Below, piece after piece: positions 28,801 to 40,800 of a stretch of DNA of 64,000 bases. The notes beneath the pieces were generated by a model. It made no database searches. It was not told the DNA's origin and saw only the letters and a program-made list of their open reading frames with translations. Within the stretch, counting starts at the first letter, position 1. The number at the start of each line of letters is the position of its first letter. The stretch lies in assembly GCA_963729605.1 (NCBI GenBank), contig CAVSNY010000004.1:128001-192000 (forward strand). The letters run 5' to 3'. This DNA comes from an uncultured Gammaproteobacteria bacterium (GTDB lineage: Bacteria > Pseudomonadota > Gammaproteobacteria > DRLM01). The position numbers were made by a program, and so were the translations under genes.

Positions 28801-31800
28801 GTTCACTGCCGCGCAGGCAGCTTAGAAATCAAATTTTATTGCATGGAGGCTTGTAGGCACGTTCACTGCCGCGCAGGCAGCTTAGAAACCCGCCAAGCCT
28901 CTTAATTGTGATAGCTACCCGTTCACTGCCGCGCAGGCAGCTTAGAAAACGCCACCCGCTCGTGGACAATGGTGCAGACCGTTCACTGCCGCGCAGGCAG
29001 CTTAGAAAATCACCCAACGCCAGCCCACGGGCAAGCGTTAGTTCACTGCCGCGCAGGCAGCTTAGAAAACACGCCGGTTTTAAATTCAAGGTCAAGAAAG
29101 GTTCACTGCCGCGCAGGCAGCTTAGAAAGTGGTCAAGACCGGCGGTAATCGCTGGGGCCAGTTCACTGCCGCGCAGGCAGCTTAGAAAATGCCAGTGGGC
29201 GAGACCATGCGGACGGTCACGTTCACTGCCGCGCAGGCAGCTTAGAAAAAGTAAAGGCATCTCACGTTGTTTCATGGCAGGTTCACTGCCGCGCAGGCAG
29301 CTTAGAAAAAAAGAAGGCGATCAACGCGCTCGCCACCAAGGTTCACTGCCGCGCAGGCAGCTTAGAAACCACCATCCAATGTCGTCGCGCGGCTTGATCC
29401 GTTCACTGCCGCGCAGGCAGCTTAGAAATGATAGCAGCGCCGTTTATTTCATCAACTAGCGTTCACTGCCGCGCAGGCAGCTTAGAAACGGACGATAAAA
29501 GCGGCGGCGCGCTCATTGTCGTTCACTGCCGCGCAGGCAGCTTAGAAAGGTGACGTGGGGGAATGGGCTTTAATGTCTAAGTTCACTGCCGCGCAGGCAG
29601 CTTAGAAAGAGCGGATCAAGCACAATAACGCCGATTCCGCGTTCACTGCCGCGCAGGCAGCTTAGAAATAACGATGGATTAATCCGCGAATTTTGCATAA
29701 GTTCACTGCCGCGCAGGCAGCTTAGAAAGTAATGGCCAACGCAAAACTTAACCCACTCATGTTCACTGCCGCGCAGGCAGCTTAGAAAGTAATGCAGATT
29801 GAGAGCGAGTTCGCTGAGCCGTTCACTGCCGCGCAGGCAGCTTAGAAAACGGGGAAAATGACTTCCGCCGTCGGCGGCCCGTTCACTGCCGCGCAGGCAG
29901 CTTAGAAACGATGAGGAGCGCAGCGCGATGGTATTGCCCGGTTCACTGCCGCGCAGGCAGCTTAGAAACAATGGGACAGCCTCAAGCGTTTGGTGCAGGG
30001 GTTCACTGCCGCGCAGGCAGCTTAGAAATCGGTCACTGGCGCGGCGTCCAAGATCACCGTGTTCACTGCCGCGCAGGCAGCTTAGAAAAAGAGGCCATGG
30101 CCTTATATGAGGAGGAGGCAGTTCACTGCCGCGCAGGCAGCTTAGAAAACGGCGTGCCAATTTCGTTTTCTCTCAATAGGGTTCACTGCCGCGCAGGCAG
30201 CTTAGAAAAGACCAACTGGAGAGTCGTGTGACCCCGCTGGGTTCACTGCCGCGCAGGCAGCTTAGAAAAGCCGGTAGCCTGGTGAGAGGTTCACGCCATG
30301 GTTCACTGCCGCGCAGGCAGCTTAGAAATGGAAGACATGGAAGAGGGAATCCGCGCAGGCGTTCACTGCCGCGCAGGCAGCTTAGAAAGGCGGGAATCAC
30401 AAGGAAGAGGCGCACGAATCGTTCACTGCCGCGCAGGCAGCTTAGAAATCCACCGCTACGTGGTCAGGCGTCACAGCAAAGTTCACTGCCGCGCAGGCAG
30501 CTTAGAAATCTTCGACGTCTCGGCGCGCCGCCTTCCACTGGTTCACTGCCGCGCAGGCAGCTTAGAAAAGGAAGTACGTTCGTAACAGGCGAACTCAGAA
30601 GTTCACTGCCGCGCAGGCAGCTTAGAAAGCAACCGGCGACATGGATATTTACGGTAATCTGTTCACTGCCGCGCAGGCAGCTTAGAAAGCGCAAAAATTC
30701 GCGTTAAAGGAAATAAAGTTGTTCACTGCCGCGCAGGCAGCTTAGAAATATCACGCGTCCCGCAATAAAGATGGTTTCGGGTTCACTGCCGCGCAGGCAG
30801 CTTAGAAAATGACGCCGGCGGGCACGCCGGTATCGCAGGCGTTCACTGCCGCGCAGGCAGCTTAGAAATCCCTAACTGCGCGTGGCGATCGTCGTCGCGC
30901 GTTCACTGCCGCGCAGGCAGCTTAGAAATGTTTGTCCAGGCGCCACAGCCGGTCGGATAGGTTCACTGCCGCGCAGGCAGCTTAGAAATCCTGCCGCGTG
31001 TATCCGTACGCGTCCATAAAGTTCACTGCCGCGCAGGCAGCTTAGAAAGGGAAGGTGGCCGGCGTGCCGCGGAGCGCGGCGTTCACTGCCGCGCAGGCAG
31101 CTTAGAAATTTGAATCCGCCGCCAAGCCGTTGGCCGATCCGTTCACTGCCGCGCAGGCAGCTTAGAAAAGCCCAAGGCGCACACTCAATTGTTCCAATAA
31201 GTTCACTGCCGCGCAGGCAGCTTAGAAAGATTGGTGCGGGCGTAGCGGCGCGCGCATCCGGGTTCACTGCCGCGCAGGCAGCTTAGAAATCCCGACGATC
31301 TCACCGCGATGGTGCTGGGGTGTTCACTGCCGCGCAGGCAGCTTAGAAAGGGACCGCAATGAAAACATGGGCGGCGCTTTCGTTCACTGCCGCGCAGGCA
31401 GCTTAGAAATGTGGCGCTCTTCTTTTTCAAACAATTTATAAGTTCACTGCCGCGCAGGCAGCTTAGAAAGGAAACGGAAGGGACGACGACGACTTTTAAA
31501 CGTTCACTGCCGCGCAGGCAGCTTAGAAAGGAAAGAAATTATATGCTTTTGAAAAAACCGAGTTCACTGCCGCGCAGGCAGCTTAGAAAACAGCGCGCCA
31601 TGGCCCGGAGCAAGTACGCCCGTTCACTGCCGCGCAGGCAGCTTAGAAATCGGGCGGCAAATACAACTTGAGCCTATCCGCGTTCACTGCCGCGCAGGCA
31701 GCTTAGAAAAAGCAAGAAAACGGGACGGGTGCGGAGCATGAGTTCACTGCCGCGCAGGCAGCTTAGAAATCTTTGCTGATGTATTTAGCAATGTAGTTGC

Positions 31801-34800
31801 CGTTCACTGCCGCGCAGGCAGCTTAGAAATGCTGGGCTCTTTCTACGCTCATCAAGCCTATGTTCACTGCCGCGCAGGCAGCTTAGAAAATCATTTCCCA
31901 CGTATGAGGCGCGGGACATGAGTTCACTGCCGCGCAGGCAGCTTAGAAATCGGGCAGTTCGTCCACCGCCCAGGTGAGCCGGTTCACTGCCGCGCAGGCA
32001 GCTTAGAAACCGAAGTACCGTTTGACGTGCTGATCGAGTCTGTTCACTGCCGCGCAGGCAGCTTAGAAATAGTGCGGTCTGGGATGCAGTCGCGCGCGTG
32101 TGTTCACTGCCGCGCAGGCAGCTTAGAAATCTGGATAAAGGCGCAAAATAATTAGTTTGAGGTTCACTGCCGCGCAGGCAGCTTAGAAAATGTTGCTCCC
32201 TGGTTTTCAAATACATCGACCGTTCACTGCCGCGCAGGCAGCTTAGAAATACCGCAGCGCCAGATAAAGAGCCTTCCAACGGTTCACTGCCGCGCAGGCA
32301 GCTTAGAAAGCTTGGCAGTTCGAGCCTGTTTTAAATTGTGTGTTCACTGCCGCGCAGGCAGCTTAGAAAACCAACGTGTACAAGTTCGATACCGACCTCG
32401 GCGTTCACTGCCGCGCAGGCAGCTTAGAAAAACGTGAAAACCTTCACGGACGCGATCACCGGGTTCACTGCCGCGCAGGCAGCTTAGAAAGCGACGAAGT
32501 AAACGCAAAGCCCACCGCTATTGTTCACTGCCGCGCAGGCAGCTTAGAAAAGGCACGTTGCTTGATAACCTAAATTGGTAATGTTCACTGCCGCGCAGGC
32601 AGCTTAGAAAAAGCGTAAACGGCACAATAAACCAAATTCGATGTTCACTGCCGCGCAGGCAGCTTAGAAAGATTCGCCCGCTTCGTCCACGAAAATGGCG
32701 CAGTTCACTGCCGCGCAGGCAGCTTAGAAAAGAAAGCGCCGCCCATGTTTTCATTGCGGTCCGTTCACTGCCGCGCAGGCAGCTTAGAAACGGACGATAA
32801 AAGCGGCGGCGCGCTCATTGTCGTTCACTGCCGCGCAGGCAGCTTAGAAATTCATGGAGTCGGCCTATAACGGCGGCGCGGGGTTCACTGCCGCGCAGGC
32901 AGCTTAGAAAATTTCACAAATGCCGAAAGAAACGCGCGATTAGTTCACTGCCGCGCAGGCAGCTTAGAAAAGTTACCAAACGGGCCAGTAATGCCGAAAC
33001 TTGTTCACTGCCGCGCAGGCAGCTTAGAAATATCACTCGGCCCGCAATAAAGATGGTTTCGGGTTCACTGCCGCGCAGGCAGCTTAGAAATGCTGGGCTC
33101 TTTCTACTCTGATCCGGCCAATGTTCACTGCCGCGCAGGCAGCTTAGAAATTGCTCTTTATGATGAGGCTCAGCGCATTTTTGTTCACTGCCGCGCAGGC
33201 AGCTTAGAAAATCACGGCCAGCTTGGGCGCATGCGATAAAAAGTTCACTGCCGCGCAGGCAGCTTAGAAAACCAAGACCGGAATCCCATTCCTCAAGCTC
33301 AAGTTCACTGCCGCGCAGGCAGCTTAGAAATACTCGGCGTCGTATTTATGTCCGCAGAACGGGTTCACTGCCGCGCAGGCAGCTTAGAAAATGTGGAATT
33401 GGACATTGCGGGCGCCGGTCCTGTTCACTGCCGCGCAGGCAGCTTAGAAATATGCGCGACGCGGTGGCCTTCTGGCTTGACCGTTCACTGCCGCGCAGGC
33501 AGCTTAGAAAGACATGCTCGTGCTCGAGGCCCTAGATTTGTCGTTCACTGCCGCGCAGGCAGCTTAGAAAAACTGCAATGGGGGACGCAATCATGATCGA
33601 AAGTTCACTGCCGCGCAGGCAGCTTAGAAATCGGCCATCAGCTGTTCGCGAGTGGTGTGCAAGTTCACTGCCGCGCAGGCAGCTTAGAAAAAAGTTGTAG
33701 ATAAAGACAAATCCATCGCTTAGTTCACTGCCGCGCAGGCAGCTTAGAAATCAGGCCGGCGGCGGTACACCCGCCGCGTCGTGTTCACTGCCGCGCAGGC
33801 AGCTTAGAAACCATGTCGTGCTGCACTTGATTTGATACGTGCGTTCACTGCCGCGCAGGCAGCTTAGAAATGTCCAGGTTGTCAATCTCGATGTTATTGC
33901 CTGTTCACTGCCGCGCAGGCAGCTTAGAAAAGGCGCGACGACCGCCGGGAGAGACTGAGACGGTTCACTGCCGCGCAGGCAGCTTAGAAATTCAAAAAAT
34001 CCTGGAAGAGGATGGAATCATTGTTCACTGCCGCGCAGGCAGCTTAGAAAGGTGGGCGCCAGCGGCGCCGGAAAACCTCTTAGTTCACTGCCGCGCAGGC
34101 AGCTTAGAAATGCACATCCCAGGCGCTCACGTCTGGCAATACGTTCACTGCCGCGCAGGCAGCTTAGAAAAAGGTAGCGGTGGATTTCGACCCGGATAAA
34201 GACGTTCACTGCCGCGCAGGCAGCTTAGAAAAAAGAATGCGAGCAGGTTGGATTCAACGAAAAGTTCACTGCCGCGCAGGCAGCTTAGAAAAAAGAATGC
34301 GAGCAGGTTGGATTCAACGAAAAGTTCACTGCCGCGCAGGCAGCTTAGAAAGCCGCCCCTTAAACCGCCACTTCATTTTTCGAGTTCACTGCCGCGCAGG
34401 CAGCTTAGAAAATAATGCAGGTCGGCGATACGCAGGGGGCGGCGTTCACTGCCGCGCAGGCAGCTTAGAAAGTGCGGAACACGACGAACGCCGACGCGTT
34501 GCCGTTCACTGCCGCGCAGGCAGCTTAGAAAATGATCGAAACGAAAGCGGACGATGTGCCGGAGTTCACTGCCGCGCAGGCAGCTTAGAAAGAACAGCAA
34601 TAAAGCTCCGTCAGGCGCGGGAGGTTCACTGCCGCGCAGGCAGCTTAGAAAGTGCGCGCCCGGGTGGCGGAGGAGATCGAGCAGTTCACTGCCGCGCAGG
34701 CAGCTTAGAAAGAACGCGGCGAGCATGATCACAAATAAAATGCGTTCACTGCCGCGCAGGCAGCTTAGAAACTCGGTCTTGCCACTCCCGGCGCGGCCCA

Positions 34801-37800
34801 CCAGTTCACTGCCGCGCAGGCAGCTTAGAAATCCGACACGTCCAGCTTGTGCCGCACCCAATCGTTCACTGCCGCGCAGGCAGCTTAGAAATCTGTCCGC
34901 TTTTTGCTGATTTTTTCCGGTGGGTTCACTGCCGCGCAGGCAGCTTAGAAAGGAACCCGTACAACGTGACGCCGCGACGATGCGTTCACTGCCGCGCAGG
35001 CAGCTTAGAAAGCACACCGCGCAAATCTCCCTCATCTAGCGGCGTTCACTGCCGCGCAGGCAGCTTAGAAAGATAAAATAATTGGCGAAATTGATCCGCC
35101 CAGGTTCACTGCCGCGCAGGCAGCTTAGAAAGGCGGCGCCAGTGCCGGAAGTCGTAACGAAAGGTTCACTGCCGCGCAGGCAGCTTAGAAAATGCGCCCA
35201 GGTGCAGCGGGACGGGCATGAACTGTTCACTGCCGCGCAGGCAGCTTAGAAATGAGCCGTCAAAATCAAATCCAATCCCTTGACGTTCACTGCCGCGCAG
35301 GCAGCTTAGAAAATGCGCAAAAACTTCGGTTTGCCGAACACCGGGTTCACTGCCGCGCAGGCAGCTTAGAAAAACCCGAAAAGACCTTGACTCGATTCCA
35401 AGCTGTTCACTGCCGCGCAGGCAGCTTAGAAAGCAAATTAACGGCATTATTTGACTTTGCCTGAGTTCACTGCCGCGCAGGCAGCTTAGAAAGCCATATC
35501 GGCCAAAATTTCCGCCGCCTCTTCGTTCACTGCCGCGCAGGCAGCTTAGAAAAGTTGGCCGCCGAGGCCGAAACATTGGCGCCAGTTCACTGCCGCGCAG
35601 GCAGCTTAGAAAGCTCGAACTTTGATGATGCAATGGCCTTGAAGGTTCACTGCCGCGCAGGCAGCTTAGAAATTCCGACTACGCACTAGCCAAGCTGCTC
35701 AAGAGTTCACTGCCGCGCAGGCAGCTTAGAAATCGCAACGCTGGCGTCTGCCAACGGCTCGGCGATTCACTGCCGCGCAGGCAGCTTAGAAATTTGCAAT
35801 TCTGAGCGCCTCGCCTTGCGCTTGGTTCACTGCCGCGCAGGCAGCTTAGAAAATTTGCGTACCGCGTGGAGGTAATGAGGAAGATGTTCACTGCCGCGCA
35901 GGCAGCTTAGAAAATACGGGCGAGCAGATACCCGATGATGCCACTGTTCACTGCCGCGCAGGCAGCTTAGAAAGAAAAGGAATGCAAGGGTTTTTTGCAT
36001 TATTTTGTTCACTGCCGCGCAGGCAGCTTAGAAAAACGACAATCCCAGGGACGCCACCGACCGGGAGTTCACTGCCGCGCAGGCAGCTTAGAAAAGAGTC
36101 GAAAGGGAATATCGTTCCGTCATTGGGTTCACTGCCGCGCAGGCAGCTTAGAAAAAGCACTCGCCGTGCACCGTACATGGTGTGTTGTTCACTGCCGCGC
36201 AGGCAGCTTAGAAAATCAGTACGTCCGCATCACAAATGAGATACCCGTTCACTGCCGCGCAGGCAGCTTAGAAAATTGTCAGCGCCGACGCCGGCCTGCA
36301 ACGCCTGTTCACTGCCGCGCAGGCAGCTTAGAAAGTGGTCTTCCAGTTTTTCATCGAGCCGCCCGAGTTCACTGCCGCGCAGGCAGCTTAGAAAGAGCGC
36401 ACGACGCTGCTCGATCACTACGAGGCGTTCACTGCCGCGCAGGCAGCTTAGAAAAGGCAGATTTCCCCGACCCGGACGAACCGCACGTTCACTGCCGCGC
36501 AGGCAGCTTAGAAAACCACCACGGCGTCACACTCCACACCCATGATGTTCACTGCCGCGCAGGCAGCTTAGAAAGAGGATTACTACGTATTCCCCGGTAC
36601 GACACTGTTCACTGCCGCGCAGGCAGCTTAGAAAATCGCGGTCACCGCCGGGAGTTTCGCCGAGGGGTTCACTGCCGCGCAGGCAGCTTAGAAAACGAAG
36701 ATCTGAAGCGATTGCACAAACGGCTGGTTCACTGCCGCGCAGGCAGCTTAGAAAGTCGCGTGCGTTGTGCGCGGCGATCTCGGTGTGTTCACTGCCGCGC
36801 AGGCAGCTTAGAAAGTGGCGCAAGGCAATCCGTATGGCGCGCTGACGTTCACTGCCGCGCAGGCAGCTTAGAAAACGCTGAGCGGCGCACGGGTGTTGTG
36901 GCTCTCGTTCACTGCCGCGCAGGCAGCTTAGAAAACCCGTCGTCAAAAACCTGCACCGACGGCGATGTTCACTGCCGCGCAGGCAGCTTAGAAATCACGC
37001 CGCTGCGCGGTAAGCAAGTGTTGATCGTTCACTGCCGCGCAGGCAGCTTAGAAAAGATAAATCTCGCCCAGGTTGTAATTAATCACGTTCACTGCCGCGC
37101 AGGCAGCTTAGAAAGTCACCGTGCGGCGCTCGCCGAGCGAAACAGGGTTCACTGCCGCGCAGGCAGCTTAGAAAATTCGGCAATTTACACCGTTCCGAAA
37201 TTGACGGTTCACTGCCGCGCAGGCAGCTTAGAAAACACCACCTCGTTGCCCATCTCGCACCCCCAAGTTCACTGCCGCGCAGGCAGCTTAGAAAACATCG
37301 AGCGCAATTACCTCTCACGCGACGAGGTTCACTGCCGCGCAGGCAGCTTAGAAAAGCAGCAACAGCCGGTATGAGCCGAGGCTAGTGTTCACTGCCGCGC
37401 AGGCAGCTTAGAAATGCGGGAGCTGCTTGAATAATGACCGCCCCGCGTTCACTGCCGCGCAGGCAGCTTAGAAAAGTCGGGGACCACGTCGCCCCAGGCG
37501 TGCGTGGTTCACTGCCGCGCAGGCAGCTTAGAAAAATTTCGCCGGCAGATCGTGGGCCGCGGCGATGTTCACTGCCGCGCAGGCAGCTTAGAAACGGCTC
37601 TTTGCCGCGGGCGGCTTTGTATGATTGTTCACTGCCGCGCAGGCAGCTTAGAAACGGAGAACCCGGAGAACCCGCCGAACGCGGCGGTTCACTGCCGCGC
37701 AGGCAGCTTAGAAATCGGCGCGTTGATCCAGCTCGCCAATCTGCCCGTTCACTGCCGCGCAGGCAGCTTAGAAAACTACCGCGCGGCGTTTTTCACATCA

Positions 37801-40800
37801 TTCGGCGTTCACTGCCGCGCAGGCAGCTTAGAAACAGCCGATGGGATGCTCTTTTACGCCGGGCATGTTCACTGCCGCGCAGGCAGCTTAGAAAATCGCC
37901 CGGGTGAACTATGATCGACGGGCACAGTTCACTGCCGCGCAGGCAGCTTAGAAAAACGTGCAGCAAATTAATACGGGTGTATTCGCGTTCACTGCCGCGC
38001 AGGCAGCTTAGAAATGCATCGCCGTCTCCCAGGTCACACCGCCACCGTTCACTGCCGCGCAGGCAGCTTAGAAAAGCCGAATCGCGCCGGGTGGCCCACA
38101 GCCACAGTTCACTGCCGCGCAGGCAGCTTAGAAATGGTGACCCAGGCGACGGCACGAATCCACATTGTTCACTGCCGCGCAGGCAGCTTAGAAAAAAGTC
38201 GACACGATTTCGGCCGAGATGGACAAGTTCACTGCCGCGCAGGCAGCTTAGAAAATGGCAGGGTTGGAAAGAAGTCGAAAGCGTCAGTTCACTGCCGCGC
38301 AGGCAGCTTAGAAATGTTTGCCGTCGATGCGCCGCGCCGACCACAAGTTCACTGCCGCGCAGGCAGCTTAGAAAAAGCAACCTTCGCTCGCTGTGCGCCT
38401 CCTGCCGTTCACTGCCGCGCAGGCAGCTTAGAAAGCTGTCGCGTAGTAGAGGTTTCCGATCAGCTCGTTCACTGCCGCGCAGGCAGCTTAGAAAAAGCAG
38501 ATCAACAGCGACCAGGTCGTGAAAATGTTCACTGCCGCGCAGGCAGCTTAGAAAACCGGGTGAGCGACGTGGAGACGGAGACCACGGTTCACTGCCGCGC
38601 AGGCAGCTTAGAAATGCCGAGCTGTCCGCCGATCAATACGTGCAATGTTCACTGCCGCGCAGGCAGCTTAGAAAGAAGACAACCAGCCTTCTCGATGCGT
38701 GCAACCGTTCACTGCCGCGCAGGCAGCTTAGAAATCGGTAAAGCCGCTAAACTTTTTGTGCGCGTCGTTCACTGCCGCGCAGGCAGCTTAGAAAAAATCG
38801 TCGGGTGCGGCGTAGCTTGCTTGGTCGTTCACTGCCGCGCAGGCAGCTTAGAAAATCCACCCGCCCCCGATCTATGGTCTGCATGCGTTCACTGCCGCGC
38901 AGGCAGCTTAGAAAGCCGCACCCTCCGCCCCGCTCACGCTCGATGAGTTCACTGCCGCGCAGGCAGCTTAGAAAGCACGTCATTTTGCAGGTCGGCGACG
39001 CCCGACGTTCACTGCCGCGCAGGCAGCTTAGAAAGGCGACCATGAAGGCGCGGTCGTGCTGGGCCTGTTCACTGCCGCGCAGGCAGCTTAGAAACGGGCG
39101 TTGAGCATTGGCGGCGTGAGTTATGAGTTCACTGCCGCGCAGGCAGCTTAGAAAAAGCCGCCGCCCCCGTGCTCGCCGGCTGGCTCGTTCACTGCCGCGC
39201 AGGCAGCTTAGAAACGGACGCGCTCAAATCGGCGATCGATGCTGAGGTTCACTGCCGCGCAGGCAGCTTAGAAATGGATAAGCTCACTACCGGGTTTCAG
39301 CCCGGCGTTCACTGCCGCGCAGGCAGCTTAGAAAAGTACCCCTTCAAATCGTTTTTCACGATGGTCGTTCACTGCCGCGCAGGCAGCTTAGAAATTTGCC
39401 GATGTGTTGTTTGATGTGATGCAGGGGTTCACTGCCGCGCAGGCAGCTTAGAAAAATACGACACCGCCGCGGTGATAAAGTGGCGGGTTCACTGCCGCGC
39501 AGGCAGCTTAGAAAAAAATGAGCAAACTCGGGCTCAACAAAAAATAGTTCACTGCCGCGCAGGCAGCTTAGAAAAGCGACACCAGACGCGCCAGGCCGCC
39601 GACGTTGTTCACTGCCGCGCAGGCAGCTTAGAAAATCCACCCGCCCCCGATCTATGGTCTGCATGCGTTCACTGCCGCGCAGGCAGCTTAGAAAGCCGCA
39701 CCCTCCGCCCCGCTCACGCTCGATGAGTTCACTGCCGCGCAGGCAGCTTAGAAAGCACGTCATTTTGCAGGTCGGCGACGCCCGACGTTCACTGCCGCGC
39801 AGGCAGCTTAGAAAGGCGACCATGAAGGCGCGGTCGTGCTGGGCCTGTTCACTGCCGCGCAGGCAGCTTAGAAACAACGAGGTGTCGGGTATCGAGATCG
39901 CGTTCCGTTCACTGCCGCGCAGGCAGCTTAGAAAGTTAGGCCGAGAAACGGTGAAGCCGGATGTACGTTCACTGCCGCGCAGGCAGCTTAGAAATGGCGG
40001 TGGCGCTGATGTACGCCACGCGTCAAGTTCACTGCCGCGCAGGCAGCTTAGAAAGCAATGGCTGGGTATCGACGAAATCCACATCAGTTCACTGCCGCGC
40101 AGGCAGCTTAGAAAGACACCAGCGCACCGCCGGCGCCGATGCGCACGTTCACTGCCGCGCAGGCAGCTTAGAAAGGGACCGCGATGAAAACATGGGCGGC
40201 ACTTTCGTTCACTGCCGCGCAGGCAGCTTAGAAAAGGACGTCGTAATAGCCGAGTCACTTGATGACGTTCACTGCCGCGCAGGCAGCTTAGAAATATGTG
40301 CGTGAAGAAACTTCCAATGCCATTCGGTTCACTGCCGCGCAGGCAGCTTAGAAATCAGTGTCATTCATCAGAGTTCTCCTCTTCGTGTTCACTGCCGCGC
40401 AGGCAGCTTAGAAAATAAAGGAGTCGAAGATGGCCAGAGTGAAGAAGTTCACTGCCGCGCAGGCAGCTTAGAAAATCGGCGACAGCGTGATCGGCGTGGT
40501 GGGCTCGTTCACTGCCGCGCAGGCAGCTTAGAAATCAGAAATTGGATGGTAGTCGGCGACGGGCAAGTTCACTGCCGCGCAGGCAGCTTAGAAAGTAAAT
40601 ATCCATGTCGCCAGTCGCGGCGACATGTTCACTGCCGCGCAGGCAGCTTAGAAATGCAGCGGGCTGGTGCCGCCGGTGATGTAACCGTTCACTGCCGCGC
40701 AGGCAGCTTAGAAAGTGATGCTAGCGGCCGTCGCCGCGTTAAAATAGTTCACTGCCGCGCAGGCAGCTTAGAAAGAATACAACGGCGAGTTTCGGATTTA

